The notes under the pieces were generated by a model that saw nothing but the letters and a program-made list of their open reading frames with translations, was not told the origin of the DNA and ran no database searches. This document shows, one piece after another, positions 17,484-28,359 of a stretch of 46,357 nucleotides of DNA (position 1 is its first letter; the number at the start of each line of letters is the position of its first letter). Position numbers and translations under genes: made by a program. This stretch comes from a virus (taxonomy: Duplodnaviria > Caudoviricetes): positions 1 through 46,357 of IMG/VR virus record IMGVR_UViG_3300033067_001263; one strand, written 5' to 3'.

Positions 17484-19135
17484 TGGTAGATATTTATAAT
17501 AGTAAGACCTTTACTGTTAATCAGTTTAATGGGCTGAACTTAAGAGATGGTCCTGACTATCTGCCAATTGGGGACACGGTTAGAGGCAAGAATTTTGAGC
17601 TTGCAACAAGTCGTGTTTTAAAAAAGCGTAAGGGCATAACAAGTCTTTATTCAGAATATACTTTTCCAGAACACGCTTGGCGTGCAATGGATTATTATAC
17701 TGATCGTCGAGAGGTTCCATATTATTTGGGGGTATCCTATCCTCATATTGATTTAATAACCCCTGGTTCTGGTTTCTCAACACCAATCTTTTCTGGTTTA
17801 GGTGGCATGGGTGTTGGTACTTTTATTGAAGGTGATATTGGCGATGCCATGTGGGTAGATAGCTCCAATGCTCCTGTCTATATCAACAATGGAGTTGCAA
17901 CTCAGCTATCTTGGCCTCCAGTTTATTCTAATCAAAACAAAAGTATTCTTAATGAAATGCCAAATGCAATTGCAACTAATCCAACGACATTCGGTGTTGA
18001 TATCGGGTATCCTTCTCTGGGAGTATATTTTGAGGGCAGATGGTGGTTAGCGGGTGATCCATTACAGCCGCAAAGACTTTATGCAAGCCGTTTACGCAGC
18101 ACTAATTTTGCTGATAATACTGACAGCGCACGAATTGATGTAGCTTTCTTTGTTGATTTATTTTCTAATTCTCCGATTGTCGGAATGAAAATTATCAACA
18201 ATAAATATTTAATCGTTTTTTGTCGCAATGAAATGCATCTGATCCAAGGAAAATTTCCTCCGACTGCGCTTGCTCCTCAGCCGGTCATTACGATTGAAGC
18301 ATTGAGCAAAGATGTAGGTTGCATTGGAAGATATGCATACTGCGAAAAAGGTGATAATGATATCTTTTTTATTTCTAATCGGAAAGCACTTTATACAGCT
18401 ACTTCAACTGAGAATTTTCAAGATGTTAGACCTTATGGACTCTCTGAAAAAATCTATCCAATCTTTAATGACATTTCTTATCAGCGATTTACTCGAGCAA
18501 GATTAATCAATGACAATATCAAAGGCGAGCTTCAGCTTTGGCTGCCTGAAGATGATCGTACTTATTATCCAAATAAGCGATATGTTTACAATTATTCCAG
18601 AGATCCAAATACTCCGACCTGGGGAGAAGATGAGGGCTTCCCGCTTTCCTTGCGAGGTGCTTTTCTTGATAAGGTTAAAAACAAAGTAATTCTAACTGGG
18701 CGTACAAAAGTCTATGAGAATGGCACGGGATTGACCGATGACGGTGAGACAATTGCCTTAGCCTATGAAATCTCACCTTTGGACTTTGGCACGCGTGATC
18801 AAGAGAAGAAGATACTTAAGGTGATAATTACTTATCGCTTGAGAGAAGCAACTTCAGGCAGTATTACTTTTGAGCATGTTTGGGACAACGGTAAAAAAAG
18901 TGGAATTATCAAAAAAGATCTAACTCCAACCATTGTGGCAAAGTATGGCACAGGTAAATATGGAGCTTCGGTTTATGCATCTAATGCAGGCGATCCGATA
19001 GATCAGATAGAATTTGAAATTTTAGAGCCTCAAGGTGTAGTAATGAAGCCATATATTACATGTGAGTCTGAAGGCGACCTCGAAATAGTAGATCTGACTT
19101 TCAGGTATCTCGAATTTGGCAAATCTAAAGTATAA
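17483..19135 (+). CDS. Tail nozzle / stabilisation protein (tubular B, P22 gp10-like beta-propeller)
   Basis: FNGLN...LKKRKG start, GRWWLAG...RLYAS, VGCIG motifs; 550 aa; synteny. Confidence 0.8.
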   Translation: MVDIYNSKTFTVNQFNGLNLRDGPDYLPIGDTVRGKNFELATSRVLKKRKGITSLYSEYTFPEHAWRAMDYYTDRREVPYYLGVSYPHIDLITPGSGFSTPIFSGLGGMGVGTFIEGDIGDAMWVDSSNAPVYINNGVATQLSWPPVYSNQNKSILNEMPNAIATNPTTFGVDIGYPSLGVYFEGRWWLAGDPLQPQRLYASRLRSTNFADNTDSARIDVAFFVDLFSNSPIVGMKIINNKYLIVFCRNEMHLIQGKFPPTALAPQPVITIEALSKDVGCIGRYAYCEKGDNDIFFISNRKALYTATSTENFQDVRPYGLSEKIYPIFNDISYQRFTRARLINDNIKGELQLWLPEDDRTYYPNKRYVYNYSRDPNTPTWGEDEGFPLSLRGAFLDKVKNKVILTGRTKVYENGTGLTDDGETIALAYEISPLDFGTRDQEKKILKVIITYRLREATSGSITFEHVWDNGKKSGIIKKDLTPTIVAKYGTGKYGASVYASNAGDPIDQIEFEILEPQGVVMKPYITCESEGDLEIVDLTFRYLEFGKSKV

Positions 19136-19142
19136 TGAAATT

Positions 19143-20435
19143 ATGGTTAGCGCATCAGGAGCATTAGGCGGAGCAGCAACAGGAGCAAGTATCGGCTCTC
19201 TGGTTCCAGGAATTGGTACAGCTATTGGCGCTGGGGTTGGTGGACTGATTGGATTATTTGGCGGTGGCGGAAGTGGTGGGGCGGCAACAGCTCCAAGCGG
19301 TCCTTTATTTACTCCAGAAATGTTACAGCAATTATTAGCAGCAAGTCGAGGTTATTTAGGTTCAGCAGAAAATATTTATGGGACTCCAAGTATGGGACCT
19401 GGTGGAATTTCTACAAGTCAAGCTTCTAGGATTAATTCTAGCGATATGAAAAAAGATGCGTTTATAAAATTTCGCATGAGCAAAGGCGATACGCTGGAGC
19501 AGGCTACTCAAAAAGCAAATCAAGTTACTTCAGATCCGTCTGTTCGTTTTAAACACAAGAAGGGATTTGTGAATGCCATTCAAGATGGGCAGTTTGAAGA
19601 TCTTTCATTAACCGGACAGGGCGGAATTCAAGCAAGAGAAAAATATACTCCTGGCGGAGTGCAGGCTTCTAGCGAAAGTGAGATGCTTCGTAATTTTATA
19701 GAGAATTTACAGGCTCAGTCTTTTAGTGCAGTGTCTGGATTGCCATCAGCGTATAGGGCTGATGAGAATAGAGCTTTGGCAGTAAGAAATCCTTTGACTG
19801 CTTCGATCCTAGGACAAGTAGGCAATATAAATGAATTAGGGCTCACTGATACAGAGCAAGCTAATTTAGATGCAATCAATGATTACTATAAAAAAGAATG
19901 GGGTGGGATTGTTGATAAGACAACAAGCGATTTTATTGCGGGAACCGAAAATACTGGATTTGGTTCAAGTAGTATTGCGCCTAGATTGTATATGGATTTA
20001 GCAGGTAAACCACAAGCTGAGTATGCTTCTGATATTGCAGCGAAACTCGCGATGCAATATAACGACATGCTGGGCTCTAGAGCAACTAGGCAGAATACGG
20101 CTCTTACTGGGACTATGAATGCGTTTAATACGATTGGTAAACTTGGTAATGCGGACAATATAATGGGGCTTGCACAGTCTCCTGGTAATTTTGGATTGTT
20201 TACAGATCCTACAGCAGCAGCACTAGCAGCAGAAATTCAGCAAGCGAATATTGGTAATCGAGCTAAAAATCAAGCTATGTATCAAGAAGCGTTGAGTATG
20301 CCAGTTAATTTTATGGGGTCGTCAGAGGGTCCAGATTTAAGTCAATCTGTTCAAGGATTGATGCCTTATATGCCAAGTATATTAAGTGCTTTCAATAAAA
20401 AAGGCGTATCAACGGTTCCACCAGCAACTAAATAG
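19143..20435 (+). CDS. DNA ejection (internal virion) protein
   Basis: Gly-zipper N-terminus GALGGAATGASIGSLVPGIGTAIGAGVGGLIG; start placed at ATG 19143. Confidence 0.75.
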   Translation: MVSASGALGGAATGASIGSLVPGIGTAIGAGVGGLIGLFGGGGSGGAATAPSGPLFTPEMLQQLLAASRGYLGSAENIYGTPSMGPGGISTSQASRINSSDMKKDAFIKFRMSKGDTLEQATQKANQVTSDPSVRFKHKKGFVNAIQDGQFEDLSLTGQGGIQAREKYTPGGVQASSESEMLRNFIENLQAQSFSAVSGLPSAYRADENRALAVRNPLTASILGQVGNINELGLTDTEQANLDAINDYYKKEWGGIVDKTTSDFIAGTENTGFGSSSIAPRLYMDLAGKPQAEYASDIAAKLAMQYNDMLGSRATRQNTALTGTMNAFNTIGKLGNADNIMGLAQSPGNFGLFTDPTAAALAAEIQQANIGNRAKNQAMYQEALSMPVNFMGSSEGPDLSQSVQGLMPYMPSILSAFNKKGVSTVPPATK

Positions 20436-20446
20436 GAGACAATATA

Positions 20447-20989
20447 ATGGCAAAAATTCCAAATTATTTAGCGGGGACTCAGAAAATATTTGATACCCAA
20501 GCGCAACAGATGGCTAATCAAGGGGCGATTAAGCAAGGGCTTTCATTGGCCAACTCTTTCGCAGATCAAGCAAAGCTAGATAGACTAAGAAAAACGATTG
20601 ATGAGCAATATAAGAATTATTATGGGATAGGCATGGACCCTGGTGCAGATCCATCAATTACAGCAGGTGCGTTGCAAAACATGAACCAGCTTGATATGTT
20701 TGGGGCTTCTCTTGATTTTAGAAATGTAAACGAAGCGGGTGATTTATATAAGCAAATGATGGACGGTCGTCCAGATATTTCTAAGATGCTTAGTGATCAA
20801 GCAATCGCAAAAATTAGAGCTGATGCGTTAGCTAGAATTGCAATAGCAAAAAATGCAAGCCAAGAAAAAATTCAAAGGGATAAAAATATCAGTTCAGGAC
20901 CGACAGGATTGCCTGCGGATACAGGGTTGTCAGGCGGAGATGCAATGGAAGCATTGTTTTTCGATGATCTTCTTTACGGGGGGCAATAA
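20447..20989 (+). CDS. Putative ejection protein
   Basis: Q/A/M-rich helical ORF between two ejection genes; SD AGGAG. Confidence 0.6.
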   Translation: MAKIPNYLAGTQKIFDTQAQQMANQGAIKQGLSLANSFADQAKLDRLRKTIDEQYKNYYGIGMDPGADPSITAGALQNMNQLDMFGASLDFRNVNEAGDLYKQMMDGRPDISKMLSDQAIAKIRADALARIAIAKNASQEKIQRDKNISSGPTGLPADTGLSGGDAMEALFFDDLLYGGQ

Positions 20990-23900
20990 GTGGCGTATAA
21001 CTTAGGCGCAGCAGTAAACGATATTCGCTATACCGGAAGCAATGCCCTTGAGGGAATAGTACGTTCTGTTCCAGATTTTTTTTATGGACTAGATGAAACT
21101 GCACAAAAAGCAGTAGCAGGAGTTTACGCAGGGCTTGCTTCTTCACCGGCTTTACTGACTCCAGAGCAGGATTATGAGGCAAGATATCTTGAAGCCTTTC
21201 GAAATGATTTAGCAAGGCTTGAGCAGTTTGATAAACAGAATAAGACTCTGGGCGCGATTATTTCTGAGAATGTTGGAAATCCTTTGGCGAATTTATCGAA
21301 CAGTTTTTTTCGAGCATTAGAAGGTGATGAGAGCAAGATTACAAATGCGGCCGTCAAGAAAGCAATCGCTCAGACGGTTGGAGGTTTTATTGCTCCCGCT
21401 CCTGGTGCGGCAGCATTACAAAAAGCAGGAAAGCTTGGAGGCTCATTACTTAGTCAGATGGGCAAAGGCGCAATTATTGGCACTGGCTTTGGGGCAGCTA
21501 CTGGTGGTACGGCTGAAGACTGGAAAGGATATGCAGGCAATGTACTGTTCGGCACAGCAGCAGGTACAGCAGCTCCAGCGTTAGGTGCTGGACTCAATCG
21601 TACTTGGGACTATGCAAAGGGCACTGCTAATCGTGTTCAGGCGAATGTTCAGAGAATGACACAGGATCGCAATACGCAAGCGATGCGAGAAATTAAAGCC
21701 GCGCAAGATGGGATTATTCAAAAGAAAAATGCGCAAAAGCAAGCGCAAAAACCAGTTCAAGCTGAAAGTCAAGCTCCTGCAACAAAGACGCAAGTACAAA
21801 GAAATCCGCAAAAGATTGCGCAAGAAGCATGGGATCAGGAATTTGCAAAGATAGAAAAAGAGACGGGGCGTAAGCTCACATCTGAACAAAAAGAGCGTTT
21901 CAAGGCAGATGCAGAGAAGAAGCTAGTTAAGCAATCTCAGACCCAAGCTCGCAGACAAATTGCATCTCAGAAATTAAAAGAGTTAAAAGCGCAGACAGAA
22001 TTTGAAGGACTGCAAGTCCGTAAAGCTGGTGTTGAACAGCAACTTGGGCGTATTAAAGAGTTCTTGAAAGAAAGACCTAAAAAGCTTTTGCCATCAGAAA
22101 AACAAAAAGCAATTAGGAATAAGATATTGCGGGCTCAACAACTGCAACGAAAGTTACAAGAAGCACAAAAACAAGCGGAAGTATTATCCAAAGATCAAAT
22201 CCAAGAATTGACAGGGTATCGTTATGAGGAACAAGATTTGCCCGCTTTAGTGGAGTATTTGCAAGCAGAAAAATCTCAAATGGAAAGTCAATTGAAAGAA
22301 TTGAATTTTAAATATGAACGAGCAAAATTAGAACATGGGACTATTGATGAATTAGTTGGAGACAAGGACTTAGATACAGGCTCTTTGGCTGATGCTGAAA
22401 CTAAGGCTCTAGCTAATACTTATGGTACTCGTGCTGATATCCAGAAAGTAACTAAAATGATTGAAGCTAAACAAGCTGAAATCAAGAAAGTACAAGATGT
22501 AATTAAGGCTGGGATTACTAAAAGAAGCCCACAACGCCCCCCAGTTGCAGATATTGAAGCGTCTAAAAAGATGCAACAAGAATTGCGAGTGGAGATTTTA
22601 AAGTCTAAGCAAAACATTTCAAAATTACTTGAAGAGAAAGCTAAGGTTAGGCCAAAAGTTGAAGAGGGGTATGATGGTAGCACTGAAAGTGCAATTGCTG
22701 AAGTTTTGAAGGACTTAAAGAAGAAGGGTCAAAGGATTGATCGTAAATCTTTTTTAGGTTTTGCAAAGGGCGCTGATCCTAATCTTGCAAGAACTTATTT
22801 GACGGCTAAGCCAAAAGGAAAGGATAATCGTGCTTATTATACGCCTCCTGAAAATGCAAAAACTTTAGATCAAATAAATGAACAAGTAACAGAACAATTA
22901 GGAAGAGAGGGAGACTCAACGCACGGTTGGCAGGAAGAGATCGTTGATTTTATGCAACGCTATCCTAATACTCCAAAAGAATTCTATAAAGATCGTGCTG
23001 TTCCGCAATATGAAAGAACTCTTGGCGAGATAGATCAAGCGATTGCAAAAGAAGGCGAGAATATAGCCGGGATTGAGCAAACAATTCAGGATATTGGGGT
23101 AGATCAACCGCAATTATCAAGGCAAGAGATTGCAGTTAAAAACTTTCTGGAAAAGCAAAATAAAGCTCTAAATCGTGCAAGAAAAATTCAAAGAACAAAA
23201 GTTAATAAAGATGCACGTAGGTCTCTTGGAGTCGAAGATCCAACTCCAGATGCATTGAAATCTGAAGTAGCAAGACTGGAAGCTGAGCGACAAGCAATCG
23301 CTGAAGAAGAAGCGACATTAAGTAATAGATTGATAAAAGAAGCTCAGGACTTCAGTGTTAAGGCAACTAGCTCAGAACAGTTCTTGAAAGATCAGGGATT
23401 GTCTTATGCTGGATTTGATAGTGATGGGAAGATGACGGTTGCGTCTTTTGATGCAATGCCTGCATCTCCTAGAACATATCAATTTAGAAAAAATGGCACA
23501 GATTTTTCAATTAAAATTAGTCAAGAAGGTAAACCGGTAGAAATAAAAAGAGATCCAACTCCGGTTGAGAAAAAATGGGAAGATGCTCAGAATGGTGTTC
23601 ATACACAGATAGATAGGTTGTTTGGACTGGCTGATGAGCCTCCGATCATAACAAAAGAAAATACAAAAGCAGAGGCTCCTGTCTCTGATAAATCAAAACC
23701 AATCGAAAACAATAGCTGGAAACTTCCTGCAAAGAGTGGCACGAGAGAGTACATGCAACCAATCCAGAATGTAGTAGATGAAATTTCGCCTAATCTGGGC
23801 AATAAAGTAGCACAGCTTGAAGCGGACATTGTTAATGATCCGGTTATTCTATTTAAGGAATTAGCAGATACTGTTGGATATCGCCAGAAGGGTGAATTTG

Positions 23901-26134
23901 ATCCAAAGAAATTCCATGCTTATCTCAAAGGTATTTTTGGTGATAGTAGAAAAAGTTATGTTAATGCGGATACTCAGCCTGAAAATTTAACTCCTGAGCA
24001 AACTGATCTGTTGATTAAGATGCAGCCTTTCTTTAACAAGCATAAAGCGGAGCTAGAAGCGGCTGGAATTGATTTTACTCAATTCGTTAATGGACTGTAT
24101 GCACCAAGAGAACGCAAATATAATGTTTGGTATAACAAGCAGCCCAAATACAAAGATGGCACAGGTAGTTCACAAGAAGAGATTGTTCAGCGCATCAAAG
24201 ATACTGAAGGCGATTATTTCGATAGTGATATGGTGATGGACGAGCTTGCTAAGGAAAGAAAGTATAAAGAAGTTCCAGATGATGCTCTAGATGAATATCA
24301 CGAGGGTGCGGACTCGATCTTTATAAGAATTAAAAAAATTGCAAAGCAAAGAGCATTAAACAAGTTTTTTGGCAATGAATTAAAGCAAGGACAAGGACAC
24401 AGGGTCTTAATTGAAAAGATGCTTGATGAAGAAGGGATTACGGGTGCTAATCGCTATGACGCACAATTAGCTCTTGAAAGACTTTTTGATAAGACTCCTT
24501 ATACTGATAATCCATTTATGAATGGTTTGAATTGGCTAAGATATGCCTTTACTCTGGGAAGACCATCAACTGCAGTCAAGCAGCCGATCTTAGGCGGAGT
24601 GAGATATTCAGCAAGATTTGGGATTGAGAATTTTCTTAAAGGATTGAACGCATCTAATGATCCTCGTTTTCAGGCGCACATGGCAAGTATCATGGGCGAT
24701 ATCGAGAAGCAGGATATTGGCAGCAAGCTCAAATTAATGGACAAGGCCGCAACTGGATTGTTTCGTTTATCAAACCAGAAGGAAGCCTCTCTGGGAATGA
24801 GTTCTGCGTATCATGCGTTAGTTGAGAATTCAGCAAAAGCAACGCAAGGGAAAGCACCAAAGTCTTTTACTGATTATATGCAAAGAAGATACGGAGATGA
24901 TGCTCAAGCAAAAATCCAAAAATTGGCAGCACAAAAAGGCAAGAAATATACTGGATTAGATAAAGATATTCTTGATGCGACGTTTACTTATGCAAGAGAT
25001 AGAGGCTCGTTAGCAATGACAAAGGCTGATAAAGTTTCAGCATCTCTTGATAAGAATAATTTGCTTAAGCGCGAATTCTATCGCTTATTGACTTATGGAT
25101 TTAAGAATACAAATACAATGGCAGATATGACCTTTGGAGAAATTAAGCGAGGCAATCCAGCAGAAGGTTTCAAGAATATGCTTACTCAAGTAATGATCCC
25201 AGTTGGAATTGAGGGATTGATGGTTGATGCAATAATGAGAACTGGCTCTGGCGCTCAGTCTTGGGCAGCAAGTGGGGATATTGAAGATTTTGGCAGAGGC
25301 TATGAGCGTGGTGGGATAGCTAGAACTGTAGAGAAGGTTAAAGACTCATATCTAGGAATTGTTCCTTTCTTGAGCAGATATAGTTTAGATAAGCTTTTTG
25401 ATCCGCAAGCTCAAGGTGAAGCAATAATGGATATGGTATTTAAGGGTACTGGCGGTATTGTGAAGACAGCAACGCAATCTGGGCAAGCAACAATCGCTGG
25501 ATTAGAGGCAAGCAATCGAGAGAACAGAGCGCCTGATTTTACTGGTGCGTTTCAGCCTGATCTTAATCCTGCTCTTAAAAAGCTTCCTCCGCAAGTATTA
25601 ACTGAGACTTATTACAATATCGTTGATCCTTTGCTGAGAGGTGATAGCGCTCAGGTTGTATTAGACGAAGCAGAGATTTTGAAGCGCGAAGAAGGTGAAA
25701 CTCCGCTTGGTAAATTAACTAAGCAACAAGAGCTTATTAAAAAGCATAGAAACGCTGGGGTTCCAGAAGCGTTACTTGGAACTAAGAAAGGTCAGGCGAT
25801 GTATAGTAAGCTGACCAATAAGAAGTATCAAGAGCAATTAAAGATAACGCATACTTTTGATACTGCAGAAATTGCTCGTGGGTATGAATTAACTAGAGAT
25901 ATGACTCCAATGTCTCCTGAAGAAAGAATGGCGCATTTCAAGACTTTATCAACGAAAGAGCAAAAGGCTTTTTATGGAGCGATGCTTGACAAGGCAACAA
26001 AGGCTTATAGAGATGGTAAGATAGAAAGAGCTACATACGAAAGGGTTAAAGCGACTGCAATAAGAGAAGGGTTTCCAACTGGAATACAAAGTATGCAAAA
26101 AGCAATCAATAAGGTGGTAGGCAGTGGTCAGTAA
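20990..26134 (+). CDS. Large internal virion / ejection protein (1714 aa)
   Basis: Gly/Ala membrane-insertion segments near the N-terminus, long coiled coils, position after the nozzle. No enzymatic motif recognised. Confidence 0.7.
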   Translation: MAYNLGAAVNDIRYTGSNALEGIVRSVPDFFYGLDETAQKAVAGVYAGLASSPALLTPEQDYEARYLEAFRNDLARLEQFDKQNKTLGAIISENVGNPLANLSNSFFRALEGDESKITNAAVKKAIAQTVGGFIAPAPGAAALQKAGKLGGSLLSQMGKGAIIGTGFGAATGGTAEDWKGYAGNVLFGTAAGTAAPALGAGLNRTWDYAKGTANRVQANVQRMTQDRNTQAMREIKAAQDGIIQKKNAQKQAQKPVQAESQAPATKTQVQRNPQKIAQEAWDQEFAKIEKETGRKLTSEQKERFKADAEKKLVKQSQTQARRQIASQKLKELKAQTEFEGLQVRKAGVEQQLGRIKEFLKERPKKLLPSEKQKAIRNKILRAQQLQRKLQEAQKQAEVLSKDQIQELTGYRYEEQDLPALVEYLQAEKSQMESQLKELNFKYERAKLEHGTIDELVGDKDLDTGSLADAETKALANTYGTRADIQKVTKMIEAKQAEIKKVQDVIKAGITKRSPQRPPVADIEASKKMQQELRVEILKSKQNISKLLEEKAKVRPKVEEGYDGSTESAIAEVLKDLKKKGQRIDRKSFLGFAKGADPNLARTYLTAKPKGKDNRAYYTPPENAKTLDQINEQVTEQLGREGDSTHGWQEEIVDFMQRYPNTPKEFYKDRAVPQYERTLGEIDQAIAKEGENIAGIEQTIQDIGVDQPQLSRQEIAVKNFLEKQNKALNRARKIQRTKVNKDARRSLGVEDPTPDALKSEVARLEAERQAIAEEEATLSNRLIKEAQDFSVKATSSEQFLKDQGLSYAGFDSDGKMTVASFDAMPASPRTYQFRKNGTDFSIKISQEGKPVEIKRDPTPVEKKWEDAQNGVHTQIDRLFGLADEPPIITKENTKAEAPVSDKSKPIENNSWKLPAKSGTREYMQPIQNVVDEISPNLGNKVAQLEADIVNDPVILFKELADTVGYRQKGEFDPKKFHAYLKGIFGDSRKSYVNADTQPENLTPEQTDLLIKMQPFFNKHKAELEAAGIDFTQFVNGLYAPRERKYNVWYNKQPKYKDGTGSSQEEIVQRIKDTEGDYFDSDMVMDELAKERKYKEVPDDALDEYHEGADSIFIRIKKIAKQRALNKFFGNELKQGQGHRVLIEKMLDEEGITGANRYDAQLALERLFDKTPYTDNPFMNGLNWLRYAFTLGRPSTAVKQPILGGVRYSARFGIENFLKGLNASNDPRFQAHMASIMGDIEKQDIGSKLKLMDKAATGLFRLSNQKEASLGMSSAYHALVENSAKATQGKAPKSFTDYMQRRYGDDAQAKIQKLAAQKGKKYTGLDKDILDATFTYARDRGSLAMTKADKVSASLDKNNLLKREFYRLLTYGFKNTNTMADMTFGEIKRGNPAEGFKNMLTQVMIPVGIEGLMVDAIMRTGSGAQSWAASGDIEDFGRGYERGGIARTVEKVKDSYLGIVPFLSRYSLDKLFDPQAQGEAIMDMVFKGTGGIVKTATQSGQATIAGLEASNRENRAPDFTGAFQPDLNPALKKLPPQVLTETYYNIVDPLLRGDSAQVVLDEAEILKREEGETPLGKLTKQQELIKKHRNAGVPEALLGTKKGQAMYSKLTNKKYQEQLKITHTFDTAEIARGYELTRDMTPMSPEERMAHFKTLSTKEQKAFYGAMLDKATKAYRDGKIERATYERVKATAIREGFPTGIQSMQKAINKVVGSGQ

Positions 26135-26894
26135 ATCGGATATTGTTGATAATATACCTGCACTAAGCAATTTGAATACTGTTGCAGATGGTGATACGGT
26201 TTCAGCGAATATTGAAAATATCAATAATCAGACATTGATGAACAAGGTAATTCTTCTTTATCAATTTGTTCGTGATGATGCAGTTGGTTTAGAAGATGAT
26301 CAAACTTTTGATGGATTAATTACTTTTGATGGCGGTATTAAGGTTGGTGATATTGGGCCGCTTACTACTAATGGCAATATAATTCTAAGCCTTGGTACTG
26401 GAGCAATCTATATTGGCAGTGCTACTGCGGCAAACCAGCTTCTCAAGAAAGCTGATATTCAAACATTGATTAATTCTGCTTCTGGTGCAGTAGTAATGAT
26501 TGGAGCGACTAGTGGAGTTGATGGAGTAGCAGGGCTTGTTCCAATCCCAGTTGCGGGCAAAAATCTTTCATATCTTCGAGGAGATGCAACTTGGGTTGAT
26601 CCGTTTTCTTGGACTCAAAAGACGAGTAACTTTACTACTGCAGCAAGTGGCAAATATAAATGCACTTCTGGAGTTACAGGTATAACATTACATGCTCCAG
26701 CAAGTGGTGCAGAGGAATTTGTAATTAAGCCTGAGATTGGTAATAGTTTTCAAACAAATCCAATCACACTAACAGGTGCTATGAATGTAGGCGGAGTTGC
26801 AGCGGCAAGCTTTCCACTTAATCAAAATGTAGTTTATAGGTTCACGACGAATGGAACCGATTATGATGTATCAGCGGAGCAATTAGCGAGGTAA
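26124..26894 (+). CDS. Tail fibre / fibre anchor protein (no signal peptide)
   Basis: GAT...G.AGLVP.P.AG...YLRGDATW motif common in phage fibres. Confidence 0.7.
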   Translation: MVSKSDIVDNIPALSNLNTVADGDTVSANIENINNQTLMNKVILLYQFVRDDAVGLEDDQTFDGLITFDGGIKVGDIGPLTTNGNIILSLGTGAIYIGSATAANQLLKKADIQTLINSASGAVVMIGATSGVDGVAGLVPIPVAGKNLSYLRGDATWVDPFSWTQKTSNFTTAASGKYKCTSGVTGITLHAPASGAEEFVIKPEIGNSFQTNPITLTGAMNVGGVAAASFPLNQNVVYRFTTNGTDYDVSAEQLAR

Positions 26895-26896
26895 AT

Positions 26897-27349
26897 ATGA
26901 AACGAATAATATTAGCAATACTGTTAGGAATAGGGTTATCGGCACAAGCGTTTACGTTCTTTGGCGGAGATGTGCCAGCAGGAGCGGGAAAGCTTCAGTT
27001 TGGTGCTGAAGTTGGATTAACGAATGGCACTCCTGCAACAGTTCTTTCTATAACCAATAATGATGGAATTCTTTGGGGATTTGCGATGAGATGGGTTTCT
27101 GGTGGCACTGGTGCTGGTGAGACACTCGTTAAGGTTAATAGAATTACAGTCGATGGGGGAAGTCCTGATATCTATAATGGTAATCTAGCTGTATATTCAG
27201 CCTCTGCTACTTATGGTGATAATCATTTAAGACAGCCTTTTTCTTTCGCGCCTGTTAGGTTTACTAGCTCGATAACTGTAACTTTTATAGAGTCCAATAG
27301 TTCTAATGACGCAAAAACGTATCTAACACCAATTTGGTCAAAATATTGA
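26897..27349 (+). CDS. Signal-peptide-bearing beta protein in the tail block
   Basis: MKRIILAILLGIGLSAQA|F has basic n-region, hydrophobic h-region and an AxA site. Confidence 0.7.
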   Translation: MKRIILAILLGIGLSAQAFTFFGGDVPAGAGKLQFGAEVGLTNGTPATVLSITNNDGILWGFAMRWVSGGTGAGETLVKVNRITVDGGSPDIYNGNLAVYSASATYGDNHLRQPFSFAPVRFTSSITVTFIESNSSNDAKTYLTPIWSKY

Positions 27350-27369
27350 TTTGAGGTTATAATAAAAAT

Positions 27370-28119
27370 ATGAGTAACGATACAGGTATTATTTATTCAG
27401 ATGTGAACTCCAATGTGATGTTTACTGTTGATGCGCAGAATAGGCGCATTGGGATTAATACTGCATTTCCTACCGTTCCATTTGAGGTAACTGGGAATGC
27501 AAAGATTACAGGCAATCTTGAAGTAACTGGAGATCTTGCTGTTGATGATTTAGCGATTGATGATGCAGTAATTGATCAAGCAACTATTACGACTTTAATT
27601 ACAAGCAGTGCTATTACGAATAGTGCGAATGTTGGGACTGCTAATACTGGAGTTACTGCAGTTGAACGCGGAGATGGTCGTCAGCATCAAACGGTTTTAA
27701 CTTTTACTAATCTTGCAGTTGGTTCTGCAACTGGCGCGGCAAATTTAGCTTTCGGTAAATTACTTTATACCTTACCTGCAGGGGTTCAAAATTATAAGGT
27801 TGCATATATGAATGTAACTTTGACTGGTGCGGCAGGAATTGTAGCAGATACTCCAGATGTTGGGATTGGTACAGTTATTGGCTCTGGTGCGGTTGCGGTA
27901 CTTGGTGGAACTGCAACTTTTGAAGATATCATCACTGGTCAAACATCTGGTGCGATTGATGGTACTAATGCGATTATTGCAAATGATAATACTGTTGATT
28001 TGTTTAGGAATACAGCAGATGCAAAAACAGTTCACTTAAATGTTGCTGATGGTTGGGCAGCAGCAGGAGCAGTTACTGCCACAGGCACGATTGTTCTAGA
28101 ATGGTCCACTATAGTATAA
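27370..28119 (+). CDS. Virion structural / fibre-like protein
   Basis: RIGINT..P...FEVTG motif, T/A/G-rich beta composition. Confidence 0.65.
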   Translation: MSNDTGIIYSDVNSNVMFTVDAQNRRIGINTAFPTVPFEVTGNAKITGNLEVTGDLAVDDLAIDDAVIDQATITTLITSSAITNSANVGTANTGVTAVERGDGRQHQTVLTFTNLAVGSATGAANLAFGKLLYTLPAGVQNYKVAYMNVTLTGAAGIVADTPDVGIGTVIGSGAVAVLGGTATFEDIITGQTSGAIDGTNAIIANDNTVDLFRNTADAKTVHLNVADGWAAAGAVTATGTIVLEWSTIV

Positions 28120-28131
28120 GGAGATAAATAA

Positions 28132-28296
28132 ATGTTAGGAAAGAAAAATAACGCAAAACCAGTACCTCGCGGTAAGCCTATTAAAGGTGGTAAATCGCCA
28201 TCTGTTGGAGTTCGTCCAACAGAGATGGAAGGTAGATTTGGCAAACCGGGTATTGGAAACGCAAAACCAGCGCCTCGTGGTAAAGCAAAGCGCTAA
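28132..28296 (+). CDS. Small very basic K/R/G/P protein (54 aa, MLGKKNNAKPVPRGK...AKPAPRGKAKR)
   Basis: Hand-translated, below the ORF-track cutoff; SD AAGGAG; internal repeat NAKPxPRGK. Confidence 0.7.
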   Translation: MLGKKNNAKPVPRGKPIKGGKSPSVGVRPTEMEGRFGKPGIGNAKPAPRGKAKR

Positions 28297-28301
28297 AGGT
28301 T

Positions 28302-28342
28302 GGAGTAGTTCGGCACTGTTAGCGGCAGTGCCTGAACTCTCT
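28302..28342 (+). other. Intergenic ~18-bp bulged hairpin without U-tract
   Basis: GGAG.AGTTC-GGCACTGTT agc GGCAGTGCC.GAACT-CTCT. Confidence 0.6.
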
Positions 28343-28359
28343 GCTAAATGGAGGAAATT

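Noticed and set aside
20990-26134. Virion RNA polymerase or lytic transglycosylase in the giant protein
   Set aside because: No DxDGD/DxxGR polymerase or ES...A.GLMQ transglycosylase motif seen.
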